This document shows positions 25,654 to 29,337 of a DNA stretch of 29,337 nucleotides, piece by piece. Location: positions 1 to 29,337 of the forward strand of contig JAZDMS010000012.1 of the NCBI GenBank assembly GCA_043800705.1. The letters run 5' to 3'. The position numbers and the translations under genes are program-made. This DNA is from Candidatus Altiarchaeota archaeon. GTDB lineage: Archaea > Altiarchaeota > Altiarchaeia > IMC4 > SCGC-AAA252-I15. The stretch's first letter is position 1; each line of letters opens with the position of its first letter. Below the pieces are notes generated by a model that worked only from the letters and a program-made list of their open reading frames with translations, was not told the DNA's origin and searched no databases.

Positions 25654-27975
25654 ATGGTCAAATGCCTTCTGGACGCGGATTATGTGACTAAGGACGAGAA
25701 GCCCGTGATCCGGTTATTCTACAAGACCGAGGCCGGCCAGCTCATCGAGGAGGTCACGGGCTTCGAGCCATATTTCTATGCGCTTCCGAGGGCCGATATC
25801 GGCGCTTTGGAGGATTCCATGAAGGGGCTTGCAGGCGTAGTCCGCGTTGAGCGGCTCAGGCTCCTGGAGAAAGGCAAGGAAACCGACGTCTTGAAGGTAG
25901 TCCTCAGGCAGCCGAAGGACGTCCCCCAATTGAGGGATTCAGTCGCGAGGCTCCCCACGGCCGCAGGCTACAGGGAGGCCGACATACCGTTCGCACGCCG
26001 TTACATCATCGATTCTGGCATCGTCCCGATGGAGCATTCGGAGGGGGTGGAGCTGAACGTCGCAGCCGTCGACTGCGAGATCGCCGCCGACGGCGAGCCG
26101 GATGCGTCGCGCCATCCCCTATCGATGATAAGCTACGCAGACTCGAAGGGATTGAGGCGGGTGTGGACCTTCGAGCGGAAGAATCCCGGCCTCGACTACG
26201 TCGAGGTCGTCAAGGACGAGGCTGCGATGCTCAGGAAGCTCGTGGACACGGTGCGCGAGCAGGGGATAGACATACTCACCGGATACAACACCGACAACTT
26301 CGACTTCCCCTACTTCGAGGGGCGGGCCGCCAAGCTCAGGGTCGAGCTGGACTTCGGCTCCGACGGAAGCAGGCTTAGGATGGAACGCAGGGGGATGAAC
26401 AACGGGGCAAGGATCGTCGGCAGGCCTCATGTGGACATGTACCCCGTCTGCAGGCAGGTCTTCAACCTCCCCAGATACCAGCTCGAGGACGTCTACGCGA
26501 GCCTCTTCGGGGTCGAGAAGCTGGACATCAAGGTCAGCGAGATATCGGAGTTCTTCAACGGCACCGACCCGAAGAAGTTCGCGATACTCTGCGAGTACTC
26601 CCTCTCCGACGCGGACGCCACCCTCAAGATCGCGCTGAAGATGCTGCCCCTCATGTACGAGATGTCGAAGATCATCCGGCAGCCGCTGTATGAGACGTCG
26701 AGGATGCGAAGCGGCCAGCGTGTGGAGCACCTGCTCGTCGAGGAGGCCCACCGGCAGGGGGTCCTGGTCCCCAACCGCCCCTCGGAGGAGGAGTTCGACG
26801 AGCGGGAGGACGCACCCTACGAGGGGGCCTTCGTCGTAGACCCGAAGAAGGGGATACACGACAACATCGTACACTTCGACTTCACGAGCCTGTATCCGAG
26901 CATCGTCATATCCCACAACATCGACCCGACCACATTGGACTGCGAATGCTGCGAGGCATCCGCGCCGAAGGCCCCCAACGGCCACTGGTTCTGCACGAAC
27001 GCGAAGGGCTTCATACCGGAGGTCCTCGGGTGGCTTCTTCAGAAGAGGGCTGAGGTCAAGAACCGGATGACGGCCGAGGCGGACCCGGAGCGGAAGAAGA
27101 TTCTTGACGTTGAGCAGCAGGCGGTGAAGCTCCTTGCAAACAGCATGTACGGCTATTACGGCTTCCAGAGGGCCAGGTGGTACTGCAGGGAATGCGCGGA
27201 GGCAATCGCAGGCTGGGGGCGGGAATACATACAGGAGACGATCAAGGTGGCCACAGCCGAGGGTTTCGAGGTCATATACGGCGACACTGACAGCGTCTAC
27301 CTAACAAGGGACGACCTCAAGGACACGAAGGAGATCATAAGGCGGGCGATGGAGTTCCAGAAAAAGATAAACGACAGGCTGCCTGAGGCGATGGAGCTGA
27401 AGTATGAGGACTTCTACCTCAGGGGGATATTCATCACGAAGAAGAGGTACGCTGTCATAAACCAGCAGGGGAAGATGACGGTCCGCGGGCTTGAAACGCG
27501 CAGGAGGGACTGGTGCGAGGCCGCGAAAGGCACCCAGCAGAAGGTATTGGACGCGCTTCTGAAGGACCGGGACCCCGAGAAGGCCGCGAACGTCGTCAAG
27601 GAGATGGTGCAGCGGATAAAAGCCGGCAACGTCCCGCTCTCGGAGCTGGCGATCAACACGCAGATGACCCGAAACCTGGGGGGATACGTAACAGAGGGCC
27701 CGCATGTGGCGGCTGTGCGCAGGGCGATGAAGGAGGGGGTGGACTTCAAGCAGGGCGACATCATCACCTACATCGTCACGAAGAAGGGGGGCTCAAGCGG
27801 GAACATCGGCGAGAAGGCCGTCATCATCGACCATGTGAAGGAGGGGGACTACGACGCAGACTACTATATCAACAACCAGGTCCTGCCCGCGGTCATGAGG
27901 ATCCTCGAGGCCTTAGGCTACCAGGAGGACGAGATGAAAGGCAAAGGGAAACAGATGACTTTAGGTGACTGGTAG
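25654..27975 (+). CDS. polB: Archaeal family B DNA polymerase
   Basis: LDADY N-terminus, ExoI DCE, GYNTDNFD, DFTSLYPS, KLLANSMYGY, YGDTDS, KKRY, YYINNQVLPA and C-terminal PIP-like QMTLGDW; start moved to ATG 25654. Confidence 0.96.
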   Translation: MVKCLLDADYVTKDEKPVIRLFYKTEAGQLIEEVTGFEPYFYALPRADIGALEDSMKGLAGVVRVERLRLLEKGKETDVLKVVLRQPKDVPQLRDSVARLPTAAGYREADIPFARRYIIDSGIVPMEHSEGVELNVAAVDCEIAADGEPDASRHPLSMISYADSKGLRRVWTFERKNPGLDYVEVVKDEAAMLRKLVDTVREQGIDILTGYNTDNFDFPYFEGRAAKLRVELDFGSDGSRLRMERRGMNNGARIVGRPHVDMYPVCRQVFNLPRYQLEDVYASLFGVEKLDIKVSEISEFFNGTDPKKFAILCEYSLSDADATLKIALKMLPLMYEMSKIIRQPLYETSRMRSGQRVEHLLVEEAHRQGVLVPNRPSEEEFDEREDAPYEGAFVVDPKKGIHDNIVHFDFTSLYPSIVISHNIDPTTLDCECCEASAPKAPNGHWFCTNAKGFIPEVLGWLLQKRAEVKNRMTAEADPERKKILDVEQQAVKLLANSMYGYYGFQRARWYCRECAEAIAGWGREYIQETIKVATAEGFEVIYGDTDSVYLTRDDLKDTKEIIRRAMEFQKKINDRLPEAMELKYEDFYLRGIFITKKRYAVINQQGKMTVRGLETRRRDWCEAAKGTQQKVLDALLKDRDPEKAANVVKEMVQRIKAGNVPLSELAINTQMTRNLGGYVTEGPHVAAVRRAMKEGVDFKQGDIITYIVTKKGGSSGNIGEKAVIIDHVKEGDYDADYYINNQVLPAVMRILEALGYQEDEMKGKGKQMTLGDW

Positions 27976-27981
27976 TTTTTT
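27976..27981 (+). terminator. Oligo-T archaeal terminator candidate after polB
   Basis: TTTTTT immediately after the TAG stop codon. Confidence 0.45.
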
Positions 27982-27990
27982 CTAGTGCAT

Positions 27991-28043
27991 GAGGGGTCTA
28001 AGACCCCTCGATTCGCTGCGCGTGTGCACGGAGCGAGCCATGC
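27991..28043 (+). repeat. Structured interspersed element, copy 2 (9-bp inverted repeat + 31-bp conserved motif)
   Basis: GAGGGGTCT-A-AGACCCCTC, GAT, then TCGCTGCGCGTGTGCACGGAGCGAGCCATGC. Confidence 0.85.
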
Positions 28044-28091
28044 GATGATGTGTAGGGTAACGGCAAGCAGATGACTCTTGGGGATTGGTAG
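28044..28091 (+). pseudogene. Displaced second copy of the polB C-terminal coding segment
   Basis: Reads DDV*GNGKQMTLGDW*, versus DEMKGKGKQMTLGDW* in the gene; 28056-28091 matches 27940-27975 at 28/36 nt, mostly synonymous changes. Confidence 0.8.
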
Positions 28092-28139
28092 CCAAAAGTT
28101 TACAAGATGTGACGTCGATTTTTCAGATGACATATTCCC

Positions 28140-29129
28140 CTATGGTGCTGCGCTTACCGTCGGCTGTTTCGCTACGCCTAGTAGTTTGATCCTGAATTTC
28201 AGGTTTTTTCCGGCCAGTTCGGGGTTGAAGTCGAGGGTCAGGTTCTGGCTGTTGACGTCTATGACCTTCGCAGGCCCCATGAGGGTGACCACTTTCTGGC
28301 CCGTTTGGGCTTCGATCTGTATGATGATGTCGGTGTCCGTGCCGTAGACCTGGGCTGGGCCGAAGACCGTGTTCAGTGTGGCGTTCCCCTCAGGCATGTA
28401 CCTGAAGGTCACGATGTCGTTCGAGACCGCCAAGACCTTCATCGGCCACGTGAGCTCGAACTCGCTTTTGTTCTCAAGTATGAATTCCAAGCCTATAATC
28501 GGCTCTTTGCCTATGTCCTGCCTGAACTTTTCGACCGTGACGTTCTGGACGATCGGGCTCCTTTGCTGCTTCTCGACGACCTGTATGTACCTCTTGTCAG
28601 GCTGGCCGTATCCCTTCTCTGGCGAGACGAGGACTTCCTTATCCTGTCCGACCCTCATGCCTTCCACAGCCTCTTCGAAGCCGGCTATGAGGCTGCCATA
28701 CCCCAATGTGAATGTGAGCGGTTCATATGTCCTCAGAGGGTTCTGTATCCCGCTATCTTTCGCAATCGTCAGGTTCGAGGAGTCAAAGACCGTCCCGTTT
28801 TCCAGGAACCCGGTGTAGTCCACTGTCACTATGTCGTTCTTTTCCGCCAGGTTGGCGTTTTTCTCTTTTGCCGGATTTATTGTGGTCGTTGTCGTGGCCG
28901 TCTCTTTCCCAGGCTCCTGGCTCATCATGACTACCATGCCCGCGACCGCGACGAGCACGATTACCGCCCCGATTATCAGCTCCTTCGGCATGGGCTTATT
29001 TGAGTCCTTCTGGGGTGCGGCAGCATGCGTTTGCGCAATTTTCCCCTCTGCGGAGGGCTTGCTCTTGCGTTTCCTTGCCTTGCTGCCTTTTGCCGCCGCC
29101 TCGATTGGGATATTTTCCTCTTCGCCCAT
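28140..29129 (-). CDS. Membrane-anchored FKBP-type (SlyD-like) peptidyl-prolyl isomerase
   Basis: VDYTG.LENG.VFDSS, LI.GFEEA..GM.VG, P..GYG and LDFNPELAGK.L.F motifs; N-terminal basic region, transmembrane helix and Thr tract. Confidence 0.9.
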   Translation of the reverse strand: MGEEENIPIEAAAKGSKARKRKSKPSAEGKIAQTHAAAPQKDSNKPMPKELIIGAVIVLVAVAGMVVMMSQEPGKETATTTTTINPAKEKNANLAEKNDIVTVDYTGFLENGTVFDSSNLTIAKDSGIQNPLRTYEPLTFTLGYGSLIAGFEEAVEGMRVGQDKEVLVSPEKGYGQPDKRYIQVVEKQQRSPIVQNVTVEKFRQDIGKEPIIGLEFILENKSEFELTWPMKVLAVSNDIVTFRYMPEGNATLNTVFGPAQVYGTDTDIIIQIEAQTGQKVVTLMGPAKVIDVNSQNLTLDFNPELAGKNLKFRIKLLGVAKQPTVSAAP

Positions 29130-29194
29130 TTTCAGCACAAAAATAGAATACCTATTATATCATATCTCAATAAAAACGTTAGTGGTCCGGGATT

Positions 29195-29335
29195 TCAGCC
29201 AAGCGGCCCCCAGATGATGCCGTTGCTTTTGTGCAAGAGTCCCGATGAGGGGTTCTGGTACGCTATCGTAATGTTGATCCTGTAATAGGAGCCGACCTGC
29301 GTGCTGCTGTCCAGTGCGCAGTTCGTGAAGACCAG
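29195..29335 (-). CDS. C-terminal end of a hypothetical, possibly pilin-like secreted protein (5'-truncated)
   Basis: Hand-translated ...LVFTNCALDSSTQVGSYYRINITIAYQNPSSGLLHKSNGIIWGPLG*, with host-like codon usage. Confidence 0.5.
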   Translation of the reverse strand: MVFTNCALDSSTQVGSYYRINITIAYQNPSSGLLHKSNGIIWGPLG

Positions 29336-29337
29336 CT

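Noticed and set aside
24543-28043. CRISPR array, or composite transposon carrying dapF-polB
   Set aside because: Only two repeats 3.5 kb apart, no cas gene or transposase, the enclosed genes are housekeeping, and each repeat has its own local duplication.

Overview
GC-rich archaeal chromosomal window. The archaeal call rests on family-B DNA polymerase, XPD-type helicase, GAGGTG/AGGTGA Shine-Dalgarno sites and oligo-T terminators; a DPANN/Altiarchaeota-like source is only a guess. It contains: (1) a dispersed isoprenoid cluster with a UbiD decarboxylase, both aconitase-X subunits, mevalonate kinase, a Thermoplasma-type mevalonate-3-kinase-like protein, UppP and a geranylgeranyl-reductase-family enzyme; (2) a lower-GC regulatory islet with two small AbrB-like ORFs missing from the ORF track, a TrmB-like regulator, and HAD and HD hydrolases; (3) a GbsR/MarR-led MacB-type ABC export operon; (4) xpd, dapF, polB and an FKBP gene. 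The most striking observation is that both xpd and polB end in the same architecture: a gene 3' end, a 9-bp perfect inverted repeat, a shared 31-bp motif (29/31 identical), and then a second, mostly synonymously recoded copy of that gene's own 3' end. This suggests a small structured element linked to replacement of gene 3' ends. No CRISPR array, rRNA, tRNA, transposase or integrase was seen. All family assignments come from motif recognition by eye, not database searches.
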